Assembly (NCBI GenBank): GCA_002068015.1
Contig: MVRV01000184.1
Coordinates: 79,976 to 143,975 of the forward strand
Length of the DNA stretch: 64,000 nt
Source of the DNA: Smithella sp. PtaU1.Bin162
GTDB lineage: Bacteria > Desulfobacterota > Syntrophia > Syntrophales > Smithellaceae
Reading direction: 5' to 3'
Below the pieces are notes generated by a model, which saw only the letters and a list, made by a program, of their open reading frames with translations, was not told the origin of the DNA and did not search any database. Made by a program: the position numbers and the translations under genes. Of the stretch, positions 29,092 to 39,672 are shown one piece after another. How positions within the stretch are numbered: the first letter of the stretch is position 1; each line of letters begins with the position of its first letter.

Positions 29092-30087
29092 ATGAAGAAA
29101 ATAGGGACTGTTTTATCGCTGGTTTTATTAGCTTTAGCTTTGGTCGTTTCACCTGTTCTGGCAAAATCAAGCTGGAACGCCAACTCTGTTTGGCCTCCCA
29201 AGAATCATCACAGTATAGGCCTTAACGACTTTGCCGACAAAGTTAAAAAGGCCACCAATGGAGATCTGGAAATTGTCGTTCATACAGGCGGTGCTTTGGG
29301 CTATAAAGGCCCGGAACTTCTCAAGACCGTCCGCGATGGTCTTGTTCCCATTTCCGATATGCTGATCAGCGGCGTAGCCGGAGATGAAAAGCTTTTTCAG
29401 ATTGTAACTTTGCCTTTCCTGGTACGCGACTTTCAGGAACTCCGTACACTGCTCGAGATTTGCCGTCCCTACTTTGATAAAGCTGCGGAAAAAAAATGGA
29501 AGCAGAAAATACTCTATATCGCCCCCTGGCCCGGTGCGGGACTCTGGACCAAGAAGAAAATCACTACATTGGAAGAGATGAAAGGTCTTAAAACGCGGAC
29601 ATATGACAAGAACGGTGCACTGGTCATGGATGCCGTCGGTGCCACTCCGCATGCGCTGCCTTTCAGCGAGGTTTATACATCTCTCCAGACCGGCCTTATT
29701 GATTCAGTTATGACTTCCACACCAACAGCGGTGGACGCCAAATTCTGGGAGGTTCTCCAGTATTACCAACCCCTTAATATAACCATCGCCACAGACATGG
29801 TGACAGTAAATCTCAATTCGTTCAACAAACTTCCCAAGGACCAGCAGAACGCCCTTTTAAAAATCGGGAAAGAGATGGAAAATGCAATGTGGGATAATGT
29901 CCCCAAAATTGATAAGGATCAGGAAGCCATTTCCAACAAAAACGGAATTGTCACTGTTGCCCCCGACAAAAAACTGATTGCCGACCTGGAAAAGATAACG
30001 GAAAATATTCGTCAGGATTGGCTGAAAACAGCACCTCCCGAAGGCAAGAAAATCTACAGTGACTTTATGAAAAAGGTAAAAAGATAA
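29092..30087 (+). CDS. TRAP transporter substrate-binding protein (DctP family)
   Basis: Signal peptide, then DctP-family pattern (..IVVHTGGALGYKGPELL.., FSEVYTSLQTGLIDSV). AAGGAG Shine-Dalgarno upstream. Confidence 0.88.
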   Translation: MKKIGTVLSLVLLALALVVSPVLAKSSWNANSVWPPKNHHSIGLNDFADKVKKATNGDLEIVVHTGGALGYKGPELLKTVRDGLVPISDMLISGVAGDEKLFQIVTLPFLVRDFQELRTLLEICRPYFDKAAEKKWKQKILYIAPWPGAGLWTKKKITTLEEMKGLKTRTYDKNGALVMDAVGATPHALPFSEVYTSLQTGLIDSVMTSTPTAVDAKFWEVLQYYQPLNITIATDMVTVNLNSFNKLPKDQQNALLKIGKEMENAMWDNVPKIDKDQEAISNKNGIVTVAPDKKLIADLEKITENIRQDWLKTAPPEGKKIYSDFMKKVKR

Positions 30088-30111
30088 AAGTTTTCACAGT
30101 CAACTGGAAAC

Positions 30112-30150
30112 AGGTGCTCCGGCTGTTTGTCTTGCGGAGCACCTTTCTAT
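30112..30150 (+). terminator. hairpin/partial terminator between the TRAP binding-protein and permease genes
   Basis: AGGTGCTCCG-(13-nt loop)-CGGAGCACCT followed by TTTCTATCT. Confidence 0.5.
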
Positions 30151-30246
30151 CTGCGGACCTTTTCCGGCACTATTTTGTCGTTCTTCAGAAACAAAATTGC
30201 CGTCTGGAAGTAAACTTAAAAATCGTTTTACTGACAGGTAAGTAAT

Positions 30247-30783
30247 ATGAAAAAGATCATTAATACCATCGATGCCATTTCCGGTATCGGTGGCTGGACA
30301 TCCGGTATTCTGATGACAGGAGCCTTAGTACTGGCACTTGCTGAAATTGCCATCCGGACTTTTTTCAGCGGAACGCTTTATATCGCCGATGAATATTCCG
30401 GTTATCTTATGGCATTGGTAACATTAATAGGTCTGGCTTATACCCTGCGTGAACGTGGCCACATCCGGATGATGTTTCTTGTCCACATTCTGAAAGGCCG
30501 AACAAAAACTATTTATAATATGATTTGTCTGGCAATTGGATTTTTATTTTGCATCGCATTTACATGGTTTACCGGAGAGTTTTTCTGGGACTCCGTGGTA
30601 AATGAAACCCAGTCCATGCAGTTGTCGGAAACATATCTCGCCCTCCCCCAAGCTTTTCTTCCTCTTGGAGGTATCCTTCTTACACTGCAATTTTTGTCTG
30701 AATTACTCAAAGGTGTAGCAGTACTTCGCAATGATACAGAGGGGTTACATATTTACGAGGAAGTTGACGAATTGGGACGTTAG
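30247..30783 (+). CDS. TRAP transporter small permease (DctQ family)
   Basis: 178 aa with four hydrophobic helices, positioned between the DctP and DctM genes. Confidence 0.85.
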   Translation: MKKIINTIDAISGIGGWTSGILMTGALVLALAEIAIRTFFSGTLYIADEYSGYLMALVTLIGLAYTLRERGHIRMMFLVHILKGRTKTIYNMICLAIGFLFCIAFTWFTGEFFWDSVVNETQSMQLSETYLALPQAFLPLGGILLTLQFLSELLKGVAVLRNDTEGLHIYEEVDELGR

Positions 30784-30801
30784 GAAATGGAGCAATAATT
30801 C

Positions 30802-32106
30802 ATGCACATTGATCTGGGACCGGCATCGGCGGTTATTCTCGGCTTACTTATACTCTTTGTAGGCGGCTCCATATGGATCGGAATCGCTCTGTTTCTTGTA
30901 GGTATCGGCGGTTTTTTTATTTTTACCGACATTTCCTTCGGTTCAATCCTTGCCAACATTGTCTGGAACAATACAAGCGGTTCCGCCATGATGGCATTAC
31001 CGTTTTTCATCTGGATGGGGGAAATCCTCTTCCGGAGCAGGATTTCGGAAAACCTTTTCCGGGGGTTATCTCCCTGGATGGATTCCATTCCCGGGCGTCT
31101 TGTGCATGTCAATATCTTTGCCTGCACTTTTTTCGCGGCAGTCAGCGGATCGTCGGCTGCAACCACTGCAACAGTAGGTAAGATAACCGTTCCGGAACTG
31201 AAAAAAAGGGGTTACGATCATGATCTGGCCATAGGCTCTCTGGCTGGCGCCGGAACGCTGGGGTTCATGATTCCACCCAGCATGATGATGCTGGTTTACG
31301 GAATTATCGGAGATGTGAGCATTGGCAAGCTTTTCATTGCCGGTTTCATTCCCGGATTTATGATTGCGTTCATGTTCAGCGCTTACATCCTGACCCGCTG
31401 CCTCATCACACCGAGTTTAGCCCCCCCGGGCGAGGAACTCCACTCCTGGAAGGATCGTGTACAAGCCCTTCCTGCAATAGCTCCGGTCGTAATACTGGTT
31501 CTTTTTGTTCTGGGAAGTATCTACATGGGATGGTCAACGCCTACCGAAGCCGGTGCCATCGGTGTCCTGGGAGCTTTCTTTTTTGCCACCCTGACTCGCA
31601 GTTTGACGTGGTCCGTCTTTAAAGCAAGTCTGCTGGGAACCGTCAAAACCAGTTGCATGATCATGATGATTGTCATGGGTGCATCCTATCTATCAAATGT
31701 CATAGGTTACCTTGGTATCACCAAAGCACTGACACAATATGTGACTACCCTTAACCTTTCTCCTTTTCTCCTGATCATCATTCTCTCGTTTCTTTATCTT
31801 ATCCTGGGCTGCCTGGTTGACGGTTTTTCTATGATTGTTATGACAACACCAGTTGTACTTCCACTTATTGAAGCGGCTAAATTTGATCCCGTCTGGTTTG
31901 GAATTTATTTAGTTTTAATGATTGAGTTGGCGCAGATTACTCCGCCGGTGGGTTTTAATCTCTTTGTAATCAGCGGTTTGAATAATGATGACTTGCTGAG
32001 GATTGCCAGGGCTGCGTTTCCTTTTTTCTTTCTTATGCTGCTGACCACATTCTTAATCACCGTTTTTCCGGAAATAGTTCTGTATCTGCCTAATAAAATG
32101 AAGTAG
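30802..32106 (+). CDS. TRAP transporter large permease (DctM family)
   Basis: 434-aa polytopic protein with typical DctM segments (GSSAATTATVGKITVPE, ELAQITPPVGFNLF). Confidence 0.9.
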   Translation: MHIDLGPASAVILGLLILFVGGSIWIGIALFLVGIGGFFIFTDISFGSILANIVWNNTSGSAMMALPFFIWMGEILFRSRISENLFRGLSPWMDSIPGRLVHVNIFACTFFAAVSGSSAATTATVGKITVPELKKRGYDHDLAIGSLAGAGTLGFMIPPSMMMLVYGIIGDVSIGKLFIAGFIPGFMIAFMFSAYILTRCLITPSLAPPGEELHSWKDRVQALPAIAPVVILVLFVLGSIYMGWSTPTEAGAIGVLGAFFFATLTRSLTWSVFKASLLGTVKTSCMIMMIVMGASYLSNVIGYLGITKALTQYVTTLNLSPFLLIIILSFLYLILGCLVDGFSMIVMTTPVVLPLIEAAKFDPVWFGIYLVLMIELAQITPPVGFNLFVISGLNNDDLLRIARAAFPFFFLMLLTTFLITVFPEIVLYLPNKMK

Positions 32107-32159
32107 TATCTAAATCAACAAAATATGACAGGTATCATTTACGATAAACACCAGGTGTT

Positions 32160-33095
32160 TTATAGAAAAGATTTAAGTCTAGCTCGTCTTTCTTCCCAGA
32201 GTCGCTCCGCCTCATCCATCTCTATCCTTCCAAAGATGACTTGATCTTCCGGTATCAGATGAGCTAAACGATCAAGATCAGCTCTCACCACTCGGGCAAT
32301 CCGGGCATAACCTCCGATTGTTCGTTCATAAAGCATGATAATAGGCAGGCCGTCTCCGGGAATCTGTATCGTGCCGGGCAAAATACCCTCGGAAATGATG
32401 CTTTCTTTAACACCATCACAAAAGGATAATTGATCACCTGTAAGACGAATACCTGTCCGGTTGCTGTTTACTGATACAGTATATTCCGTCCTGCTTTCCC
32501 TGTCCGCAAATGTCTTTTGTGATTTTTCCGTAAAAAAAGAATGTTCCGGTCCGTCAGTAATACGCAGAAAATGCGGAGATTTCATCTCTGGTATTTCTTT
32601 ATCTGGAACTATACCAAGCGGTACGGAATAAATATCATTTATTTCTATCTGGTCACCACCTTTCAAACTACGGCCTTGATATCCCCCAAAACTGCACTCC
32701 AGATTCGTGGCATAACATCCGATAACTCTCGGAAGTGACAGCTTTCCGGTAAAGCCAAGATAATACCGGAATCCTTCCGTCACTTCATGGACAGTTAGAA
32801 TGCTCCCCGCTTCCGCCGCAAAAGATGCCCATGGACTCAGTGACCGTTCATCCAAAGATGCTCTAACTCTGGCACCGGTTATCGCACAGATCATGTCCTG
32901 ATGAAATTTAATGCTAAACCCGGCACCTATAATTTCCAGAGCCGGTGCATTCTCGTCTTGATTTAGTAAGCAGTTGAGAACATTATATGCAAACTTATCC
33001 AACGCTGCAGATGGCGGTACGCCGATAGCGGCATAGCCATAACGGCCGCTGTCTACTACACAGGTCATCATTCCTTTGTTGAGAATTTCAATCAT
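32160..33095 (-). CDS. pxpC: 5-oxoprolinase subunit C (KipA / allophanate hydrolase subunit 2 family)
   Basis: Family-typical sequence (GVPPSAALD, GTIQIPGDGLPIIML, TIGGYARIA). Overlaps the pxpB stop. Confidence 0.85.
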   Translation of the reverse strand: MIEILNKGMMTCVVDSGRYGYAAIGVPPSAALDKFAYNVLNCLLNQDENAPALEIIGAGFSIKFHQDMICAITGARVRASLDERSLSPWASFAAEAGSILTVHEVTEGFRYYLGFTGKLSLPRVIGCYATNLECSFGGYQGRSLKGGDQIEINDIYSVPLGIVPDKEIPEMKSPHFLRITDGPEHSFFTEKSQKTFADRESRTEYTVSVNSNRTGIRLTGDQLSFCDGVKESIISEGILPGTIQIPGDGLPIIMLYERTIGGYARIARVVRADLDRLAHLIPEDQVIFGRIEMDEAERLWEERRARLKSFL

Positions 33096-33763
33096 ATGCT
33101 GATAAACTTCACTTTGTCTCCTATCCGCAGGAGGCTGTAGGGTTCCTTCTCATAATTAAAAAAGCGTACATCCGTGTGTCCGATGATCCGCCATCCGGCG
33201 GGCGAGGGAAACGGGTACACTCCGGTTTGACCCTGGGCAATGCCAACAGATCCCGCTGCAATTTTGGTTCGTGGTGTCTCGAGCCGTGGAACTTGGATGC
33301 GCTGATCAAGTGTCCCCAGATAAGGGAATCCCGGTGTGAAACCAACAGTGTATACAGTATAAATTATATCGGAATGGATGGCAATCACATCCCTCTCTGA
33401 CAATCCGGTCTGTTCACAGACATTTTTCATATCCAGTGCTTCCGGACCACCATAGTGAACGGGAATTTCCTGAAGTGTCGATTCCGGCGTATTGCCGGGA
33501 CGAAGCGCTTCCTCTTCTTTTTCTTCAATCAGAGAAGACAGACGTGCAAAATTCGTCCGTTCAGTGTTGAAGTGAATAAGACAGGACCTAAAACTTGGTG
33601 TATAATCAATGACCTCTGGAAGATCCAACGATTTCATATAAAAATAGAAATTCCTTACTTTTTCATGAACACTTAAATCAATGTCATTACCAAAGAGTAC
33701 ACGGATACCGTCTTCTCCAAATCGCGATATGGTCATTTTGAATGGATTTGTAGAAGTAGTCAT
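33092..33763 (-). CDS. pxpB: 5-oxoprolinase subunit B (KipI / allophanate hydrolase subunit 1 family)
   Basis: YTVYTVGFTPGFPYLG and GSVGIAQGQTGVYPFPSPAGWRIIG motifs. 4-nt overlaps on both sides. Confidence 0.85.
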   Translation of the reverse strand: MTTSTNPFKMTISRFGEDGIRVLFGNDIDLSVHEKVRNFYFYMKSLDLPEVIDYTPSFRSCLIHFNTERTNFARLSSLIEEKEEEALRPGNTPESTLQEIPVHYGGPEALDMKNVCEQTGLSERDVIAIHSDIIYTVYTVGFTPGFPYLGTLDQRIQVPRLETPRTKIAAGSVGIAQGQTGVYPFPSPAGWRIIGHTDVRFFNYEKEPYSLLRIGDKVKFISI

Positions 33764-34545
33764 TTGGTAATAATTTCTCCCAACGGCTTAATTTGAATTC
33801 CTTCTCTCTTAAAGGCATTGACAATCATCTTTGCCGCCTGAATGCTTTGCAGGTTATCTCCGTGGATGCAAAGTGTATCAATATCCATGTCGAGCCACTG
33901 GCCATTGATACTGACGACACCGCTTTTTACCACCATCTCAACGGCTCGCTTCGCTATTTGTTCCGGATCATTCAAAACACTGCCGGAATGCGTACGGGGA
34001 GCAAGTTCTCCTTCATCGGTGTACTGGCGGTCCGGAAAAGCCTCGAGAGCAATACGCAATCCCTCGCGGCGTGCTTTTTCCTTAAGTAGAATGGTCTTCC
34101 CGGTGGCAAGTGTCAAAAAAACAGGGTTGCCGAATATCTTGCTTACCTGACGGACAAACTGGAGAAATAAATCAGGTTGATTTACGAGATTGTTGTAAAG
34201 TGCTCCGTGAAGTTTGATGTGTTGCAGAGACATGCCGTGCTTTTGTAAAAAACCTTGAAGAGCACCGGCTTGATAAACAACGTAATTATCCATTTCTACA
34301 GGGCTGATATCCATAAATCGACGGCCGAATCCCAGAAGATCAGGATAGCCCGGATGTGCTCCGGCGCCGACATGATGTTCTTGACACAGACGAACAGTCC
34401 GGTCCATGACCATCGGATCAGAAGCATGAAAACCACAGGCGATATTGGCTGAAGATATACATTTTATTACATCTTCATCCCGGCCCAGGCTGTAAGCCCC
34501 GAAAGACTCTCCCATATCGCAGTTGATATCGACGACATTAGCCAT
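33760..34545 (-). CDS. pxpA: 5-oxoprolinase subunit A (LamB/YcsF family)
   Basis: DINCDMGESFG N-terminus, ANIACGFHASDP, and KLHGALYN, typical of LamB/YcsF. Confidence 0.88.
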   Translation of the reverse strand: MANVVDINCDMGESFGAYSLGRDEDVIKCISSANIACGFHASDPMVMDRTVRLCQEHHVGAGAHPGYPDLLGFGRRFMDISPVEMDNYVVYQAGALQGFLQKHGMSLQHIKLHGALYNNLVNQPDLFLQFVRQVSKIFGNPVFLTLATGKTILLKEKARREGLRIALEAFPDRQYTDEGELAPRTHSGSVLNDPEQIAKRAVEMVVKSGVVSINGQWLDMDIDTLCIHGDNLQSIQAAKMIVNAFKREGIQIKPLGEIITK

Positions 34546-34694
34546 GTTGAACTATCCTTTATTAAAACAGATGAAATTATTTAATATCATATTTAACACA
34601 TGCCTGCTGCTTACGGCAAATAAATTCTTAATAATACTTTTTCCGGCAAACATCGCTATGTCCTTCCCGCCGCAGCAAATGCTTTTATCAGAAA

Positions 34695-35522
34695 CTAATT
34701 TTGATTCAAATTTTGTATTTTGATTTCGAAAAGTTCCGGCCAATGTTTTCCCGTGATAAAAATTCTGTCACCTTCCTGATCATAAGCAATGCCGTTTAAA
34801 ACGTCTCGCCTGCCTTGATTCGGAAGAATTTTATACAGTCTTCTTAAATCAATCCATCCCAATACATTTCCGGTTTGTGGTGAAATCCGGACAATAATAG
34901 CTTCCGTAAAAATATTTGCCCAGATTTCTCCTTTAATATATTCCAATTCATTCAGATTGGTTACCGGTATTTTATTTTTATCATGTACTTCTATTTTCCC
35001 TACAATTTTAAATAACTCCGGTTCAATTAAAAAAATTGTCGACGATCCGTCACTCATAAACAGAGTTTTACCGTCGGTAGTAAGCCCCCATCCTTCGCCG
35101 GAATAGGAAAATTTCCTTATCTCCCGAAAAGTATTTAAATCATAAATAAAGCCTTCTTGATTTTTCCAGGTGAGCTGATAAATTTTATTATTGAGAATTG
35201 CCAAACCTTCGCCAAAATATTTTTCTCCGAGTTTAATTTCCTTGATCACCCTGCCGGATTCAATTTCAATTTTTTTTAAAGAAGAATTACCGTTCAGGCC
35301 GGTTGATTCATATAAATACCCCTTGTGATAAACAAGCCCCTGGGTAAATGATTCCGGGTTATGGGGAAAGGTACTGGCAATAACGATATCGGATATGGAG
35401 TCTCTATTCGTACTTAAATGATGAAAGATTGAAAGATTTTGAGCAATGGATAATTTTGGTTCCAAAACACTGCTGAGTAATATCAGCAACAGCAAAAACA
35501 TACGGCCAATATTTCTTTGCAT
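34695..35522 (-). CDS. glutaminyl-peptide cyclotransferase (plant/bacterial beta-propeller type), secreted
   Basis: Signal peptide, then ESFTQGLVYHKGYLYESTGLNGNSSL..IE..SG and later LNELEYIKGEIWANI, NGIAYD motifs of the glutamine cyclotransferase family. Confidence 0.8.
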   Translation of the reverse strand: MQRNIGRMFLLLLILLSSVLEPKLSIAQNLSIFHHLSTNRDSISDIVIASTFPHNPESFTQGLVYHKGYLYESTGLNGNSSLKKIEIESGRVIKEIKLGEKYFGEGLAILNNKIYQLTWKNQEGFIYDLNTFREIRKFSYSGEGWGLTTDGKTLFMSDGSSTIFLIEPELFKIVGKIEVHDKNKIPVTNLNELEYIKGEIWANIFTEAIIVRISPQTGNVLGWIDLRRLYKILPNQGRRDVLNGIAYDQEGDRIFITGKHWPELFEIKIQNLNQN

Positions 35523-35641
35523 TTAATGCCTGCCCCGGTAAATTTCGTTGACTGTTTTATCCAGAGTGAAGTTAACAACATTCCTTCCGCTTCGTTGCAA
35601 GCGGGGCGCACTTTAATCAAAATAACTGCAACTGCCGGCAA

Positions 35642-36664
35642 TCAATAAAAACCAATTTCCTTCGCATATTCAAATTGCCGCTGCCAGGGTATGTTCTGGT
35701 GTGCTTTTTCTATCGCTTCAGCACCGATAAGTGCAATCGATTCGTCATCGGCCGCAACAGGATGATAAGAACTGATAAATCCTTTGTCTTCGGAAATTTT
35801 CTGATGATCTCCCGGCAGACAATCGCATTCCGCAACAATATTAATTAAAGCATTGACAACGACCGTTTTATTCTGGATTAATCTCCAGATTGCAGCGGCC
35901 GTTTCGATGAGCTTTTCCTGGAATACTTTAATATCGGTATTCCATATTATCTTCAATGCCATTTCCGGACACATGGCTATGCATTGTGCACAACCAATGC
36001 ATTTGCTAAGATCATAGACGGGAAAATTATCGATATCCATTGTTGCCGCACCACTCGGACAGATATCGGCACATTCGCCGCATTGTATGCATTTATCCTT
36101 GTTCAGCTTCGGTTTCGCATCAGCATGCATGCGTTGTTTTTGAGCGCGGGAGGCAAACCCCATAGAAATATTCTTTATGGCACCGCCATATGCCGCTTCC
36201 AGATGTCCCTTAAAATGAGAGAAAATTACGAACCCGTCGGCATCTTGAACTATTTTAGCCGCCTGTACCGTTTTAAAATGTTTAAACCCGGCCGGCAGTT
36301 CAGTGGTATTTTTACCATCAAGGCCATCGCCGATTTTTACAGGGCATCCCAGAAATTTTTCCGTGAAACCATGCTCTGCTGCCGTAGCCAGAGATTCACT
36401 TCCTTCACGTCGTCCGCCTGAGTATAAAACCGTTGTATCAACGACAAATGGTTTCATGCCTCCCGCCTGAAGCCACTTTACAATTTCTCTGGCATAAACC
36501 GGCGACAGATAATTTTTGTTGCCCTTTTCACCCCAGTGCAGCTTGATACCGACACTGTCTCCGCTTTTGAATGGCTTTTTAATTTTATCTAAAACAGCAT
36601 TAAGAGCTTCAATTCTTGTTCCCTCTATAGATGAACATTCCTGAAAATGAATTATTTTTTTCAT
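35642..36664 (-). CDS. DUF362 domain protein with a 2x[4Fe-4S] ferredoxin insert
   Basis: DUF362-like N-terminus (GIKLHWGEKGN, FVVDTTVLY) and two CxxCxxCxxxCP motifs (CIQCGECADICP, CIGCAQCIAMCP). Confidence 0.8.
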   Translation of the reverse strand: MKKIIHFQECSSIEGTRIEALNAVLDKIKKPFKSGDSVGIKLHWGEKGNKNYLSPVYAREIVKWLQAGGMKPFVVDTTVLYSGGRREGSESLATAAEHGFTEKFLGCPVKIGDGLDGKNTTELPAGFKHFKTVQAAKIVQDADGFVIFSHFKGHLEAAYGGAIKNISMGFASRAQKQRMHADAKPKLNKDKCIQCGECADICPSGAATMDIDNFPVYDLSKCIGCAQCIAMCPEMALKIIWNTDIKVFQEKLIETAAAIWRLIQNKTVVVNALINIVAECDCLPGDHQKISEDKGFISSYHPVAADDESIALIGAEAIEKAHQNIPWQRQFEYAKEIGFY

Positions 36665-36723
36665 AAATTCCCCTGATGTGTTTTAAGGCAAGGTGGAAGC
36701 TGGAATACCTTACCTGATTATCT

Positions 36724-37419
36724 TTAATGTTCAAATAAACCTCTGCCCGGTTGGGCATCCGCCGATCGCAGATAAACAGGAACAAAACCGGCCGGACTAA
36801 GTAATTCATTACGGAAAAATTTTTCCCGCCCTAAAATTCCAACGGCGGAGGCCCGAATATATTGCTGCATACTGCAGGCAATTTTCACTTTTTTTGATTT
36901 TTCCATGAGGATTTCGCTGTATTTTACCGCTCCCTCACCTACAAATATTGTATCCTGGCTCATATCATTCAACACAATTTCGTTGGGATCAAGCACTCTT
37001 TCCGGGCAAAGCCGGTTTAAGAATCCTTTACCATCGCAGCTGTAACAGGCGGTATAAACCTGACCGCGACCGGCATCCATTACTGAGCAAATCACCTCTG
37101 CATTGCCCTTTACGTTTAAAGCAAGCGCCTCCAGGGTGGAAACGCCCACAGCAGGTTTACCTGCAGCAAATAATAACCCTTTCAAAGTACTTATTCCGAC
37201 ACGCAAGCCTGTAAATGAACCAGGTCCAAGTGTACAGGCAAACAAATCAATATCTTCCGTTTTCACCCCGGTATGCCGGCAGGCCTCGTCAATTGCAGTT
37301 AACAGCACCTCCGAATGGTTTATACCGGAATTGATAACTACATCATAAATAATTACGTCATCCCGCAACAGAGCAATTGATGCGGTTTGGGAAGATGTGT
37401 CGAAGGCAAGGGTCAGCAT
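36724..37419 (-). CDS. tsaB: tRNA t6A37 biosynthesis protein TsaB (YeaZ)
   Basis: MLTLAFDTSS.., LGPGSFTGLRVGIST motif. Confidence 0.9.
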   Translation of the reverse strand: MLTLAFDTSSQTASIALLRDDVIIYDVVINSGINHSEVLLTAIDEACRHTGVKTEDIDLFACTLGPGSFTGLRVGISTLKGLLFAAGKPAVGVSTLEALALNVKGNAEVICSVMDAGRGQVYTACYSCDGKGFLNRLCPERVLDPNEIVLNDMSQDTIFVGEGAVKYSEILMEKSKKVKIACSMQQYIRASAVGILGREKFFRNELLSPAGFVPVYLRSADAQPGRGLFEH

Positions 37420-37420
37420 A

Positions 37421-38512
37421 TTATTTAAAGTATTTTAATATATCATTGATTATTGGAATATTCATTCGTTCTATGTCGATCATGATCACAAAGATCATTA
37501 ACATAACTAAAACGGCAAACCCTATCTGTTGGGCCGTCTCTTTAACCTTTATGCTTACTTCTCTTCTTATTACAAGTTCAATGGCATAAAACATGATATG
37601 GCCTCCATCAAGAACGGGAATAGGAAAAAGATTGATTACTCCCAGATTAATGGAAAGTAACGCCATAAAAAGAATAAACGGAATAATACCTTCTTTGACC
37701 TGTGCGCCTGCTACCTGGGCGATAAAAATCGGCCCTCCCAGAGTACGCGGCGAAATTGTACCCTCAATCATTTTGACAAGTGCAATAATCGTCAACTTGC
37801 TGATTTCCCAAGTTTTTATAAATGCCGCAATTATTGCTTCTCCTGGATTTTTCCTCTCCAGAACCACCTTGCCGGATGGAGAAATACCAATAAGATATGC
37901 AGGTATTTCTTCACCAAATAAATTTTTGGATTTGGATAATTTGGGCTTGATTAATAAATTCTTTTTTACCGTATCTCGTTCAATTACAATCTCTACTTCT
38001 TTGCCTTTTCCTTCGGCAATAACGGCTCTCAATTCTTCCCAGGAATTTATGGTTTTGCCGTCAATAGCTATTATTTTATCGCCGCTGATTATACCGGTAT
38101 CATATGCGGCGGACCCTTCCTGAACTTTACCTATGTCAGAGGTCAGACTAGGCACGCCATACATGAAGATAATCATAAATATGACTATTGCCAGCAGAAA
38201 GTTAAAAAATGGACCGGCAAAGACAATCAACATGCGTTTCCATACCGGTTGCTTCAAAAATGATCTTTTTTCATCTTCCGGCGGAAGAGATTCATTATCG
38301 GATTCGCCCAGTAATTTAACGAAGCCGCCTAAAGGAATCCAGGAAAGTACATATTCGGTCTCTCCGATTTTTTTGCCGATTATTTTAGGGCCAAAACCAA
38401 GTGAAAATTTTAGTACACCGACCCCGCCGATTCTTGCTGCCAGAAAATGTCCCAATTCATGAACGAAGATCAAAATCCCCAGCAGGACGATGACAGATAT
38501 TAAACTTACCAA
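37421..38512 (-). CDS. rseP: RIP site-2 metalloprotease RseP
   Basis: HELGH zinc motif, a central PDZ-like segment, and the NLFPIPVLDGGH motif. Confidence 0.93.
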   Translation of the reverse strand: MVSLISVIVLLGILIFVHELGHFLAARIGGVGVLKFSLGFGPKIIGKKIGETEYVLSWIPLGGFVKLLGESDNESLPPEDEKRSFLKQPVWKRMLIVFAGPFFNFLLAIVIFMIIFMYGVPSLTSDIGKVQEGSAAYDTGIISGDKIIAIDGKTINSWEELRAVIAEGKGKEVEIVIERDTVKKNLLIKPKLSKSKNLFGEEIPAYLIGISPSGKVVLERKNPGEAIIAAFIKTWEISKLTIIALVKMIEGTISPRTLGGPIFIAQVAGAQVKEGIIPFILFMALLSINLGVINLFPIPVLDGGHIMFYAIELVIRREVSIKVKETAQQIGFAVLVMLMIFVIMIDIERMNIPIINDILKYFK

Positions 38513-39672
38513 GATGTAATCCTTTCTAATAAATTTTCAGTTTGCACCCGAGCCCACTCATCAACCTGCAGGATATCGTTCAAAGAGGGCTCTTTTATAG
38601 AATTGTGCGCATGAAGAACTCTACTAACTATTCGCGGTAAATCAACAAACTTAATTTTTTCCTTCAAAAAAGCCCCAACGGCAATTTCATTGGCCGCATT
38701 TAAAACAACGGGCATTGTACCACCGCAAATACCTGCTTCGTAAGATATTTCCAGAAAAGGAAATTTTTTCAGATCGGGTTTACAAAATTCCAGTTTTTTT
38801 ACCCCGGCAAGATTCAGGTATGGTAAATAATTATGTATTCTTTCCGGATAAGTCAAGGCATAAGCAATAGGATTTCTCATATCCGGTATACCCATCTGGG
38901 CCAATACTGAACCATCAATAAACTCAACCATTGAATGTACTATACTTTGCGGATGAATCAGAACTTCGATTTTATTTATATCCAGATTAAACAGCCATTT
39001 GGCTTCAATTACTTCCAAGCCTTTATTCATCATGGATGCAGAATCAATTGTAATTTTTTTCCCCATTTTCCATTTAGGGTGTTTTAAAGCCTGGCAAAGA
39101 GTTACCGTTTGGAGCTCTTTTGCCTTATAATTTAAAAAAGGGCCACCTGATGCCGTCAATACAATCTTATTAATACTATTGTAATGTTGACCTTGAAGGC
39201 ATTGAAAAATGGCACTGTGTTCGCTGTCCACCGGCAATATTCTAATATTTCTTTTTTTCGCTTCGGCTGTAACAATCGAACCTGCCATAACCATTGTTTC
39301 TTTATTGGCGAGGGCGATATCTTTCCCTGCATCAATAGCTGTAAGCGTAGGAATTAATCCGGCCGCTCCGGATATGGCGGAAATAACGATATCAGCATCA
39401 GCAAAAGCCGCAACTTCATTCAGCCCGCCATTTTCACTGACAATTTTTGTTTTATTTTTCCCCGATAAATATTTACGCAGTTCGTCAGCATCTTGATATT
39501 CACTAACAGCAACTATCCGAGGGTGGAATTTCTCAATTTGCTTCTTCAGTAACCGAATATTTTTCCCCGCTGCAAGTGCTACAACCTGAAAACGGCCGGG
39601 ATTGTTTCCGATAACATCCAGGGCGCTTACACCGATTGAACCGGTAGAGCCTAAAACAGTTATTTTTTTCAT
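38506..39672 (-). CDS. dxr: 1-deoxy-D-xylulose-5-phosphate reductoisomerase
   Basis: ITVLGSTGSIG, LANKE, PVDSEHSAIFQ, and LTASGGPF motifs. Confidence 0.95.
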   Translation of the reverse strand: MKKITVLGSTGSIGVSALDVIGNNPGRFQVVALAAGKNIRLLKKQIEKFHPRIVAVSEYQDADELRKYLSGKNKTKIVSENGGLNEVAAFADADIVISAISGAAGLIPTLTAIDAGKDIALANKETMVMAGSIVTAEAKKRNIRILPVDSEHSAIFQCLQGQHYNSINKIVLTASGGPFLNYKAKELQTVTLCQALKHPKWKMGKKITIDSASMMNKGLEVIEAKWLFNLDINKIEVLIHPQSIVHSMVEFIDGSVLAQMGIPDMRNPIAYALTYPERIHNYLPYLNLAGVKKLEFCKPDLKKFPFLEISYEAGICGGTMPVVLNAANEIAVGAFLKEKIKFVDLPRIVSRVLHAHNSIKEPSLNDILQVDEWARVQTENLLERITSW

